64,000 nt of DNA from Octopus sinensis (GCF_006345805.1 NC_042997.1:175894001-175958000); one strand, 5' to 3'; shown: positions 24,245 through 36,973, counted from the first letter of the stretch. Numbers and translations are program-made. Notes: a model not told the origin generated them from the letters alone.

Positions 24245-24645
24245 AAAAAAGAAAAGAAAAATGGAGATATTATTAACAAATTGGTCATCTTCGCTTCTTT
24301 CAGCCATTTCAATTAATACTTAATACAATTTGTACATTAAATTTGCATTTATGTGACATGAGCATAATTTCATCAGAGAAAAAATTTACCTTGATGTTCT
24401 ATGTAGGCCTATCATTTCATTTCAGTAGACTAAATATTTAGTCTACTGAAATGAATTGATAGATCTACATAAAACATCTCAAGGTACATCATTTTTATTT
24501 TCTGAAATTATGCTCATGTCACATAAATGTAAATTTAATGTACAAATTTGTAATTAAATTATTGAAATGGCTGTAAGAAGTGAAGATTACCAATTTGTTG
24601 ATAATTCATAATTGTTAACTTCCTTATCTCCATTTTCTTTTCTTC
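24245..24645. repeat. Diverged foldback (imperfect palindrome) centred at 24435/24436
   Basis: Perfect core TCAGTAGACTAAATATTTAGTCTACTGA; arms still align to ~200 bp with indels. Confidence 0.85.
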
Positions 24646-24656
24646 TTATATATATA

Positions 24657-24697
<41 letters not shown>

Positions 24698-24731
24698 TAA
24701 ATGTAATATGTGACAATTATTCGGTAGCCAT

Positions 24732-24792
24732 GATAAAACTCCTAGTTTCGGATGCCAAGGTGGAAATCCATGCTGCCATCTCTTCAGTTATC
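24732..24792 (-). ncRNA. Putative minimal type I hammerhead ribozyme
   Basis: GAUAA-CUGAAGA-GAUG...CAUC-C-GAAA-CUAGGAGU-U-UUAUC: stem I GAUAA/UUAUC, intact core, stem II GAUG/CAUC, stem III with one mismatch. Confidence 0.55.
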
Positions 24793-24825
24793 CGGCCATC
24801 GAAAAAAGCGTTTTTCTAATGGCCG

Positions 24826-24886
24826 GATAACTGAATAGATGGTGGCGTGGATTTCCCCCTCAGCATCCGAAACTCGGAGTTTTATC
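24826..24886 (+). ncRNA. Putative hammerhead ribozyme, core-mutated copy
   Basis: GAUAA-CUGAAUA-GAUG...CAUC-C-GAAA-CUCGGAGU-U-UUAUC; G8 altered, stem III ACUC/GAGU intact. Confidence 0.45.
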
Positions 24887-25009
24887 ATGGCAACCGAATA
24901 ATTGTCACATATTACATTTACAGATAAATTCTTCTATTTACATAATATCGAGGTCTCTTTCTTTCTTCTTTTGTTATCTTACTGTTTTTATCAATATATA
25001 TATATATAT

Positions 25010-25236
25010 ATATCACAATCAAGGAACGGCCATAATAGGCCATTCACCCACTAGAAATAACAGCCAAAAAGCTTCAACCGCAAAATAACATTAATTCCGT
25101 AAATCAGGAGAAAATTAAAAAACATTTTTAATTTTCTCCTGATTTACGGAATTAATGTTATTTTGCGGTTGAAGCTTTTTGGCTGTTATTTCTAGTGGGT
25201 GAATGGCCTATTATGGCCGTTCCTTGATTGTGATAT
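25010..25236. repeat. Perfect palindrome, 112-bp arms, 3-nt loop (ACA)
   Basis: 25010-25121 is the reverse complement of 25125-25236; no mismatch found by eye. Confidence 0.95.
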
Positions 25237-27030
25237 TGAACTTAAAAATGGTTTATGACTATTTAATTTTTTCCCACTAGGCCGCTGGGGGCAAAAGAAT
25301 TCTACAAAATTTTTTTTGCCTCCCTATATTGATTATATATATATATATATATATATACCCGTACCCATGTTAGAATAAAAGGCAGACGTTAAGCAATGAT
25401 GATGATATAAATATATATATGATCAAATTCATGTATGCATGTCTAGCTCTGTGTGTATGTATGATTGGCTAGCTGTTCATGTGCAGTGCCATTATAAGGC
25501 ATGGACATACTGGGCAGTTGCCCAGGAGCCTCACAAATTTAGGGGTCCAGTGCATTGATTTTCCTAGAGGATCTATAATACTGCTAGGACAGCCCAGTCT
25601 GTGTGTATGCCTGTCTGGCCAGTTGTGTCTGTGCATGCATGCACACATGTATGTATATTTGTCGCTCCATGTTCCCTGGCAACCGGTTGGCAGAATCAGT
25701 AAAGGTGGTGGACAAAATGTGTTGAGATATTTATTTGCATACCTTGATATTCAGAGTTCACATCCCACCCACTTGGACATTAATCAGCTACCTGACCAAC
25801 AAGGGACATCTCTAGGCAGTTATTTGTTTTCCTAGAAATAGCAGTTAAATCCCATTCATACATCTAAATCATTCACTACTGTCATACCATCATGAAGAAA
25901 ATATACTTTGGATAAGTTATTCTCAAATATATTAGGTCTGGAGAAGAAAAATGAGATGATGACAGGTGGAATAACTTTAATTTTTACCAGCTGACACCTA
26001 GGGCAAGTATCTTTTCTTCTATGGCTCCAAGCTAACTAAAACCATTGTGGGTTTGGTGAAACTGAAAGAACTCCATTGTATGTGTGTGTACATACATACA
26101 GAGTGTACCCCTCATCACATCTTCACCATCTCTCTCTCTTTCTTCCCCCTCTCTCTTTATCTCCTCTTTCTCTTTCCTCTCTCTTTCTCTCTCCTATTGA
26201 ATAGATGTCCTTACTACAAGACTTCTATTTATTTCCTTCTGTTCATACTCTAACTTGTAATCTGGCACAAAACCACCTTCCTCAATACTACTCCCCCATT
26301 TCAGTTGAGGAGTCTTGACTTGTAAATCATTTGGTGACCTCTCTGCTGCTGGTGCACCATGAAAAAAAGTACCAAGTACTCTGAAGTAGTCGGTACAATG
26401 AAGGGCATCTAGCCAAAGAAACCATGGCAAAGCAGACAGTAGAGCTTGGCTTAGAACAGTCTTTCACTTGCTAACTCCTGTCAAATCATCCAACCCATGC
26501 CAACATGAATGGAGGAAGTCAAATGATAATATGGTCTTCCACCATCATTTAACAACCAATGTTGGTTTGTTTACATTGCCATAACTTAGCAGTTCAGTGT
26601 AAGAGACTGATAGTATAAGTATCAGGCTTCAAGAAAAGAATTGGTGTCAATTTGTTTGACTAAAATCTTCCAAGGTGGTGTCCCAACATGGTCACAGTCC
26701 AGTAACTGAAGCAAGATAAAAGATAGACCTGCCCAGCCAGATCTAACCTTTAGACAAATCTATAACAACTACCGCCCAAATGGGACATTAGTTGTGTAGG
26801 CTTTGTTATATTTTATTATTTTTGGTCTTTTTTTATGACTAATTCATAAACATAAAAATTATAAGTAAAAATGTTAAGGTGGTAGAGTTTTTGTTTTTAA
26901 ACTGAATACAAAAAGCTTACATTCAGGAGAAAGGGATATGGAAAGAACTTCTTTGATAGACCTAGAAATGCTAATTTTATTTATTTTTTTCTTTTGTCAT
27001 TAATGTGTAACAGCTGTGCTTTTCCTACAG

Positions 27031-27138
27031 GGTTCTGTAATTGTGGTCTTTTCAGGTTTCCTTTATTGCTTAGTGAAGAAGGAAGGGCAGTGCCTTTTAC
27101 AGAGCTTCTGTGCCTATGACAAAAACAGGGAATCAAAT
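27031..27138 (+). CDS. Candidate exon (GSVIVVFSGFLYCLVKKEGQCLLQSFCAYDKNRESN), possible transmembrane helix plus tail
   Basis: Acceptor GCTTTTCCTACAG, donor GTAATT, open phase 0-0; joins 30846. Confidence 0.25.
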
Positions 27139-27197
27139 GTAATTAATAAAAATGATGACTTTGATGTTTAGTCCAAGTCAGCTCTGATCCAGTAGAC

Positions 27198-27442
27198 CAA
27201 TGGGTTTTCAACCATTTTTTTGCCTATGGATCCCTTTGATTCCTATTTTACTCTGATGGATCTCCATGTTAAAAAATCCCATTATCTTTTTATAATTAGG
27301 TATTATTAAGGATTTTATTTAAAAAATTAAAATGTTTTGTGTATCATAGAAGTGTAACTAATTTATTGCTCACAAACTTTAACAACAAAATCTTATATGG
27401 GGCGCCAAGGGTCATATAAGGGACCCTAGTTGAGAACCACTG
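27198..27442. mobile_element. hAT (Charlie-like) MITE
   Basis: TIRs CAATGGGTTTTCAAC / GTTGAGAACCACTG; 8-bp TSD CAGTAGAC / CTGTAGAC. Confidence 0.8.
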
Positions 27443-28239
27443 CTGTAGACCCATAATCAGAGGCAGTTCGTCCATGACTATCCCCTCTTATTTTCATCCA
27501 CAGGTGTGGTTGTGTGGTTGAGAAACTTACTTCCCAACCATGTAATACTTTGGATGAGTACACGGCACTTTGGGTCAGTGTTTTCTTCTATAGCCCTGGG
27601 CCAACCAAATCCTCATGAGTAAATTTGGTTGACGGAAAGTGAAAGAAGTCTGTGTGTGATGTATTCTTGTCTAGACATCACATGATGATTGTAAATGAGT
27701 ATCATCATATAAGCAAGGTTGTTTATTTCCAGTCTTCTGTGAAGAACATATCTAGGTATGAGAAATACTTATCTTGCTTGGAAACAGGTTGAGGGTTGGC
27801 AATGGGAAGGGTATTTGGCCATAGAAAATCTACCTCAACTAATTCCATCTGACCCATGCAAACATTGAAAAGTGAACAGGAAATGATAATGATTCTCTTA
27901 TATGTCCTTGAATATGATTGGAAGAAGATTTTTTGTTATTTCCAGCAGTTTATGCAACCACAGAGACTCTCTCATTGGCCTACAAAATGATGAAAGTGAC
28001 ACAATGGAAATTTTCATTCAATTTCTATGTATGAAAAATATCTAAAATACTGTATCACAACATATTATTATGTAATAATCTGTTTTGATTTGGCTCATTA
28101 ATATTATGTGTAACAGCTGTGCTTTTACCATAATTTTTATAAATGTAGCCTATTTAAAGGTTAAAAGATAGTAGTTAAGCTGATAATATATAAACTAGAT
28201 TTAACAGCTTGTGTATTTCTAAATATCCTTGATTTTTAC

Positions 28240-28298
28240 CATCGATGATGATCATTATTATACAGTAAGCAATAAAGAGATGATTAGAGATTTTTATG
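28240..28298 (-). CDS. Candidate exon (xIKISNHLFIAYCIIMIIID), hydrophobic; possible vWA strand 1 or signal peptide
   Basis: Branch point CTAAC plus TGTTTGTTTCTCACAG acceptor, donor ATG/GTAAAA, only one open frame. Confidence 0.35.
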
Positions 28299-28734
28299 CT
28301 GTGAGAAACAAACAGTTAGTAAATGACATATCTTTTCCTTTATGCCAACAAATGCAGGAGACAACCCATGACATGTTTTGGTTTTATTATGACCTCATAT
28401 TGACAATATTTGTCAAAGTAGGGAAGTAGTGATGAGAGACTCACTAAATACAAAATATTGTACACTGGTTAACATAGAAAATTTGTTTAATGTTTATTAC
28501 TTAACTGAAAACGGGGCAAGTTGACAGAATCCTTAGTTTTTCATTTTTGATTCTCTACATTCTCTGATCAAATCCAACTAAAGTTGACTTTATTGTTCTT
28601 CCCTTTGGTTTCAGTAAAACCTGTTAGTAAGCTACCACAGTGATGATTCAATTGGCGGCGGCTGCTGCTGCTGCTGCTGCTGTGCTGCTGCTGCTGCTGC
28701 TGCTGCACCACCACCACCACCACCACCACACCGT

Positions 28735-28962
28735 TTAACGTCCGTTTTCCATGCTAGCATGGGTTGGGCGGTTCAACTGGGGTCTGGGAAGCTAGAAGGC
28801 TGCGCCAGGCCCAGTCTGATCTGGCAGTGTTTCTACAGCTGGATGTCCTTCCTAACGCCAACCACTCCGTGAGTGTAGTGGGTGCTTTTTACGTGCCACC
28901 TGCACAGGTGCCAGACGAAGCTGGCAAACGGCCACGATCAGATGGTGCTTTTTACGTGCCAC
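28735..28962 (-). mobile_element. SINE family D
   Basis: Matches 17139-17330. Confidence 0.85.
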
Positions 28963-30113
28963 AGGTTTTATTCATTGGTTTAGTCTGGAGAAAGGTGCTG
29001 TGCCCATGGCTCTTGCTGGCACTCCTTGTAAGACCAACATTCTTTCTGAAATAACTGCTTGTCAATAACAAGAAAACTCTGTAGGGAAGGAATTTCAGGA
29101 GGACTGCTGTTCTTGAGAGGAAAAGGCTGGATGTAGTAGTTAGTGGAGAGCCTAGTCAGAGGAAATGAGGGTTCAAAAGAATTCTACCAATGTTTAGAAT
29201 TGAAATATGAACTATGTGATTGCTGATTAGGGGCAATATTGATAGAGTTTCTGATTCCTAGTTCAATTACATTATTTCTTAATCAGATTATGGTAACTGA
29301 CTTTGCCTTGATCCTTTCTTAATACTTGGTAGCAGATACCAATATTACAGTTTTAGTTGATAAGATTTGTAATTAAATTCTAATCTACATCCTGTATCAT
29401 ATCATCTAAGGGCCAATGAAGGTATCAGATTCATAGAGATTAATATTTTCAGGTCCATGTAACCCATGCTAACTTGGTAAAAAAAGAACAAATGAGATTA
29501 TGACTAATATACCTTTGTTCCTAAGTCTTCTTGATTAAGGTTGACCTGACACTTGAAAAAACAGGCGTTAAAATCATAATGATAATGCTAGGTCTATTCT
29601 GATAAAGGCAAGACAAGTTTGTTCAAGTAGCCATATACAGTGTAATTAAAACTTTGAAAGAGAGGCTTGAATTGCAATAAATAATTTTCAATTTAATCTT
29701 TCGTTATATCTAGTTCTTTAAAACTAGGATAGTCACAGCTGTTGTTGGTGTAAATACAATTTTTGACAGTTGCCATAACCTTATCTTTTGAATAAAGAGT
29801 TTATATTTCTTGTTACAACTGGTCAGTGAGATAATATAGAAAGAATTTTGGTCAGTATATTGATTGCCTGTCTCTTGAAAAAGAACAGGACTACCTTTCA
29901 AATATGACCATTCCTCTAGTAGATAAATATTTTTTTTCTCTTTAGAGCAAGGATGGTGCAGGACATGGCTATGTGGTTAAGGATTTCATTTTGCATCCAC
30001 ATGGTTTTGAGTTCAATCCCATGGCACTTTGAGCAAGTGTCTTCTACCATAGCTTTGGGCTGACTGATGTTTCCTAAGTGAAATTTGATACATGGAAACT
30101 TATACAGAAGCCC

Positions 30114-30147
<34 letters not shown>

Positions 30148-30845
30148 TGGCCATCAGTTATATAGTTTATGTATCTCAAGCAATACCTCCTGCTTTGTAG
30201 TTTGATGTGCATAGACACAGAATAAAGTATATTTCTTGAAAACAATCAAAGGTTGGCGTCAAGGAGAGAATCTGACTTGCAGGACTGCCTCAGGAAGCCT
30301 TGCCCATCTTTTGTCAGCATAGAGAAAATGGACATAAAAGTGAACTAATAAACTATAAGACTGCTACAAACAATAACCATGTGATAGCTATTGTCAGGAT
30401 GATTGCTCTGATTAACTGTGATAATAAATGGCCAACAAATGAAAATAAAAATCAATTGTTTATCACAAGGATCTACAGAGCTAGAGATTAACATCCTAAC
30501 ATTAGTTTCATTAACACTACATAGATTGAAGATAAATTTCTACTTAGATATGCACTGGTTTGACACAAAGAATTGAACTTAGCATTTTAAGCCAATGGAA
30601 TTCTTGTCACTTACATAAATTACCATTCATGAATTACGACTATTCATTTACACATGTTTCACAGGTAAAATACAAATACAAGCTTGGTGCCTACCAGGAA
30701 TAAGATTACCAAAACTGACTCCCTTGCCTTTCTACTTTTCATTACACTTTAACATCCCCACACTTTCAGTTCCATGCTTAGTTTTTTCTGTCTAGAACAT
30801 TGATTCTCTAAAATCATCTCTCTACTCATATCCCTCCTCCAACAG

Positions 30846-30950
30846 TTTAAACTGAACATTAAAGGCATCAAGCTCACTGGCCCTGATGTACCTTCAAAAG
30901 TCATGGACACTGTTCCTTCCTCAGCAAAGAAAAGAAAGCACACAATGTAA
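30846..30950 (+). CDS. Candidate terminal exon (FKLNIKGIKLTGPDVPSKVMDTVPSSAKKRKHTM*)
   Basis: Strong acceptor CATATCCCTCCTCCAACAG, single open frame, basic C-terminal cluster; unidentified. Confidence 0.3.
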   Translation, partial: FKLNIKGIKLTGPDVPSKVMDTVPSSAKKRKHTM

Positions 30951-33900
30951 CTAACACCCTTCATCTCATTTCTCTTCTTTAAAATGAGTTTTCTATCATT
31001 TTGTTTTCATCATGATTATCTTCATTTTTGCATTAGTTTTCCATACTGGCATGGGTTGGATGGGTTGTCATGTTCCAAATCAGTCTTTATTCAGTCACCA
31101 ACCTCTTATAATGGGTTAGAGAATCAGGTCTCCCTTTCACACCTCTGATTTTTGACATGATTTTTACAATTTTATCTACCATCTCACCTTCCGTCCAGCT
31201 AGAACCTTACCTCAGCCACTGATAATTGTCTTTTGACAAGATGTGTTTAGAGACACAAAGCCTTCTCTCTTGCAATTTTCAAAAGAAAGAGCCTGAAATC
31301 AAGAGAATTTACCCTAGTATTTTACTGGTACATATTTGATGGAAGAGAAATAAAAGGCAAAATTCACCCCGTTGAGATTTGAGCTCACAAAAATAAAACA
31401 CTTCTCTTTTTTTTTTTATTAAAAATAATTTTAAATATTATTTGTTTTATATGTTGTCTTTGTAGTCTTATTAATTTTCACTATTTTTTTTTTCCATATT
31501 TACATGAATGGAATTAGCTTTTGTAAATCTAGACATTTGTATATTATTGGCCTTTTTTAAATATGTATTTACCCCTCTTGCTGTTACTCTCTCTCAACGA
31601 TGATGTCATATTGTTCGGATTTACAGGGTATTGGACTACAGTGCCTTTACTTGGTCATTCAACATACTATAAATAGCAGCCGAATATTCAATACCTGAGA
31701 AAAGAACAGAGTGGTTATGGCTGGAATGGCTACAGGTTGCCAATACCTGGTCTATATGCATATCTTGTGGTGCACCTGAGCACTGTATACAATAATTTCA
31801 TTATAATCTGTACAGCTAAAAGTAATAAAAATAGTTAGCTAAAGTTTAGAGTAATGGGCCAAATGGCATAAATTAGCAGAGAAAAATATTAAGTGTGATT
31901 AAGCAATAATCCTATTAAGATTAATTTCATGTTTGTATAGTTTCGAGAAGATCAGTTACCAATGAATTACATTCATGTACAATAACAGTTAATACAAACA
32001 ATAATTGTTTTTTTATCAAGCAAATCTTTTCCTATTGACAAGATTTTATGTAGTAAACATTTTATTTATAGAATAGTTAAATTGCTTTCTACTTGAAGCT
32101 AACCAATCCCTGGCAGTAAAGCCTGCAGAAGTAATAGCATATAACTCTGGTAAGTAGTTATTTATTTCTTAAACATTTTGCTATTAAAAACTAAACCGGA
32201 TTGGTTTCTGTTTAGTTGAGTTCTGAGATTCAGTTCCCGTATATCTACAGTAAAAGTGATAAATCGGTTGGGTCAAACTGACAGATGAATTGCCTTACTG
32301 TATTTAGTTGCACCCTTTTATGTTCTGACTTTGAATTTTGACAACATTGGTTGTTCCTTTCATTTTCTCCCCATTATTTATTTCTTAAAAATTTTGCTAT
32401 AAAAAACTAAACTGGATTGGTTTCTGTTTAGTTGAGTTCTGAGTTTCAGTTGCATATAACTACAGTTTTGACGACATTGGTTGTTCCTTTCATTTTCTCA
32501 CCACATACCATCTCTTTTTCCATGCTGGCATGGGTTGGACAGTTTAACATGAACTGAAAAGCCAGAGGGTTGTGCAAAGCTCCATTGTCAGCTTTGGCAT
32601 GGTTTCTACAGCTGGATGCCCTTCCTAATGTCAACTACTTCACAGAGTGTACTGGATGCCTTTTTCATGGTACCAGCACCAAGTTTGGTTACCAAGTACT
32701 CATAAGACAAGACTCTTCAACTGGGTTGGGTACAGTATTGAGGGACATAAAATATGATAGAGGAGCAGGAGAAAGTGTCTTGCTGAAGAGGTAAAGACAT
32801 GGTTTCCCAATCTGGAAAGAGAGAGAGATAAGATTAAGGTACAAGACAAATATGAGAAAATGGATAAAGGAACAGAAAAGGTGGGTGGTCAGTTAAATGC
32901 ACTGGAAATGAAGTAATGCAACAAATGATTAGAGATGAGGACTGAACTGGACACAGTAAATATCAGTTTGGGAGAGGGGCTTGCTAAGGTTAATAAAAAT
33001 AAGGTACCAGTAAAATACTGGGGTAGATTTAATTAGCCATTACCATCCCCCAGAATTTGTGGTTGTGGAGTCAGTATTAGAAATCATTAATGTCTCATGA
33101 GAAAGAACTATTGGCATTTCTATTGAGTTATGTTATCTGTCAGTTATAAGTAAGAAGCCTGAACCCACAATTATGCTATATTCTAGTATTTTACCAAAAT
33201 ATTTGTGCCACTTGAAAACTACTTCTTCATTGGCTGCAACTGAGATGCATTTCATAATGCTGTTCCCCCATTAGCTTTGGTTAAGTTTCATGTTGAGTAT
33301 TTCTCCCAATAACATCAATGTAGTTGATCGGTCTTCATTCTTTATTAGGATGCAGAAGTTTCCAAAATATATAAACTTATATTGCCTATTGTTCAGCAAT
33401 GATAGCAAAGCCTCCCTTGTGTTGAGAAACAATTGTAGAGATGAGTGGAATACTTAAGTCCAAAGACAAAATTTGCATAGTGGGGTGCAAACCTAGTTTT
33501 TCAGGAGGATGTTCAAAGCATTTTCATTGCCCCTTTTCCAGAACCTGTGATGGAATGCATCCATAAATTTTCTCATATTTTTGAGCCTTCATGAGAAGCC
33601 TGGTGTGTATAGCATTAAAATGATCTCAAAGTTCCTTATTCATAGTCCATCATCTTTCTTTAGCTCCATAGAGATGAATGCACTCTTTATTCAAAGACAA
33701 TAAAGCTTGCTCCAAAATGCTTAGCAGCATCTCATCCATCTTTATGTTTTGGGTTCAAGTTCTGCCAAGGTTGACTTTGCCTTTCATTCTTTTGCACTGA
33801 GGTTAATGTAATTGACTTATCCCCTCCCCTAAAATTGCTATCCATGTGCCAAAATTTGAAACCAATGTGAGTTTTGGGTGAGAGACATACTCTATGAAGT

Positions 33901-34182
33901 ATCTACACTAACCCCAGACTAGATTAAGGGCAACTTGTGGCACTAGGGCCACATGCAGTCTTTTATGACATTTTCTATGTCACAGGTAATGTCATGATAA
34001 ACATAACTCTAATAAATTTTGTAACATAGTCTTTAGGTCTAATTGTATTAATTTGAAAAATTTTTCTTTCTGTCATTCATGTCTTCTTTTAATCAATATG
34101 TTTTTATAATTTGCTTAGAATAATATAGTGTGTGCTCTGTACCCTATATATTGTTTGTTAAATTTTTTTTTTGTCTTTAATA

Positions 34183-34346
34183 TAGAAGTAGGAGTGGCTG
34201 TGTGGTAAGTAACTTGCTTATGAACCACATAGTTCTGTGTTCAGTCCCACTTGTGTGGCACCTTCGGCAAGTGTCTTCTACTTTAGCCTCAGGCCAACCA
34301 AAGCCTTGTGAGTGGATTTGGTAGATGGAAACTGAAAGAAGCCTGT

Positions 34347-34383
<37 letters not shown>

Positions 34384-34560
34384 ATATGTTTGTGTGTCTG
34401 TGTTGACAACTGATGCTGGTGTGTTTACGTCCCTGTAACTTAGCGGTTCGGCAAAAGAGACCGATAGAATAAGTCCTGGGGTCGATTTGCTCGACTAAAG
34501 GCGGTGCTCCAGCATGGCCACAGTCAACTGACTGAAACAAGTAAAAGAGTAGAGTAGAGT
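34183..34560 (+). mobile_element. SINE family A with small internal deletions
   Basis: Diagnostic blocks. Confidence 0.88.
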
Positions 34561-36267
34561 AATAGTTTGGCTTGATTTATGGTTAACAATATTTTATGAT
34601 CACTGTTATAAAAAGCTTATCCATGCCTAAATTGGACTACTATAATCTAATGCCAATTGTCAATGACTTCAGGTGGTTTCTGCAACTAAAAGCTTTCAAA
34701 GCTTTCTATCAGTGATGTTGTTGTTGTTGTTATTATTATGTTTCAGTTGTCAGCTAAATGAATTTGCTGTTATCTACCAAAGTATAACTTACCAAGTGTG
34801 TCAGCAACTCTAAAAGCTAGCCTTGCTGGTACATTTGATCAATGCACGTACTTGTGGCTAAACTATATCTTGGAGATAGGCATGGGAATTAAAAATTAAC
34901 AGATGAAGCAATTTGCTATAAGCTGTCAGCATATTTTGTGTTGCCCTACTTGTATTAATTTATAGTAACACTTTTCTTGATTAAGTGTTTATCAACATAC
35001 CTTTGAAAATTTATCATACTTATGATTAAACTGTCAAATTTGGCACACCCAGTGCATTATGAGATTCTCAAGTGCTATCACCATTCTCACCTAGTTACTT
35101 GTAGTTTTTGTAATCCCTTGATCAGCTAAGAATAGCAGCTAAATATCCTTTGAATCAAATGCCACCACTTTAAAGGACACACAGTAGATACTAAAGTCCC
35201 AGGTATCATCCGAAAGATGAAGTGGCAACAAGTTAGAATACCTTTGATCATAGGTCAACTGGATCAGGGCTGACTTGGAGCAAAACAACAACCTACCTAC
35301 TTAAAGTCTCCATGTGATGATTCGACCTGCTAAAAATAGCAGCCAAATCAATATCAAATTATACTGTTCTTAAAAATAGCAAAAAAAAAAGGGGGGGAGT
35401 GGCAAGGGCATGTTAAATTATGTAGTCCTAGATACACAAGGTATGAAATTAAAATGCAATAGTTGGGGCTAGAAAGCCTCTTTAGTCATAGGTTTGTTTA
35501 TCAGTGCTGACTAAAGAACAATAACAATTTGCCCAGCTTATTCATCTCAACTCTACAGGTTACTTGACAGCCCAACAAGTCCATTACTTTACTAGGTTTA
35601 TTTAGCTTTTCAACCCTTTGAAACTTAATATATTTAAGAGCAGCAAATGACAAAATTTCAGAGAATCGGACAAAATATCTTGTAGTTGTTATTGTTGTTC
35701 AGTTTCAAATCTACCTTGATTGAGCAAACCTATAATTGAAGGCTTTCTGGTCTCATTGGAAATTATTTGTTTTCATATTTAATCCTTTAGCATTCAAGTA
35801 CTGCTATGGTCAGCTTTGTCTTTCTCTTTCTTCTAAGTTAATAAAATAAGAACTAGTCAGGTACTTATGTACTTGAATCCAATATAATCGACTATACCTG
35901 TGAAGGCAACAACCTTGCTTGGTTGCAATTGGATGATTGTAATCAATAAAAGAAAATAAGGTAGTGTTGTGTGTTTATTTCCTTAAGATATTTTCTTATT
36001 GTTTGTGTTGTTTAACTCTGAGTCAGCCCTTACCAAGCTGGCTTACAATTAAGGTATTCTAATCTTTGATATGGTAAGATATTATCTGATAGATCTTGCT
36101 GCTATTTCTACCAGATCCAGTGACCTAGCAGAGGCTCTCTCTAAGTTAACCCTAATCAACTATTAAATCTTGACTACATCTTTTTAGAACTATCTAGGAT
36201 TGCATTATCCAATGTGCCTTCTGTAAAAAGAAAAAGACAATGAGGTGTTTTATTTGAGGTAAATTTA

Positions 36268-36778
36268 CTGTAAATCCTCGAGTATGATCCACCCTTGAGT
36301 ATAATACGCAGGGGATTTTTAGGGGGCGTACCTCTGAAAAACCTAAACCTTGTGTATAATACGCACCCCTTCTCTAACTTGAGTCAAGGAGGTCTATATA
36401 ACGTCCTTGGTTTGTATAAATGTATACGGTAACATCCTTTATTATTATTGTATATATAACATAATGCAAACGTGTAGCTTTTTTGTGCATTTTGTTTGCA
36501 GAAAATAAAGAAATAAAAGTAATAACATTTAATAAATGTTGCTTATTGCAAGTTATGGCCAATTCTTTTATGACTTCATTGCTTTCAGGCTTAGCTTAAG
36601 GTATTTTCGCGCCCAATATCACAAAGTGCGTCTGAGTAAACATAGCCAGACAGAAAATAGAGACTCGGACATTACTTAGAAAATAATTTTCATTTTTAAC
36701 CTCATATATAGTATGCACTAGGGATTTTGACCTTTAAATTTTGGGAAAAAAATGTGGATTATACTTGAGGATTTTGGG
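36268..36778. mobile_element. Tc1/mariner-superfamily MITE (CCGTA-type TIR, Tc2/pogo-like), empty-site copy
   Basis: TA flank; TIR consensus CCGTAAATCCTCGAGTATAATCC reconstructed from this copy and 47843-48572. Confidence 0.8.
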
Positions 36779-36973
36779 TTACTGCTGTTTAAACTGGTTG
36801 ATTGACCATTTAGAGGTTTTCCTTTTTTAGCAAAGTTACATGAATCTGTGACTGGTAACACACTAACAAAAATTTATACATGTTTTCTGAGCTATGTATG
36901 ATTTGAAGAGCTGATATAAATACAATTCTTCATTTTAAATGACTTTGCACTTACATTTAAATTTATCAAGAAT

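Larger units (their letters stand above)
24693..24925. mobile_element. Foldback element whose arms each carry a hammerhead-like motif (Penelope pLTR/retrozyme-like)
   Basis: Arms about 85% complementary around AAAAAAGCGTTTTT; ribozyme motifs described in the ncRNA features. Confidence 0.65.

Noticed and set aside
30749-30964. 71-aa minus-strand ORF as an exon
   Set aside because: Acceptor would be the rare GAG; phase does not join the minus model; the plus reading has much better signals
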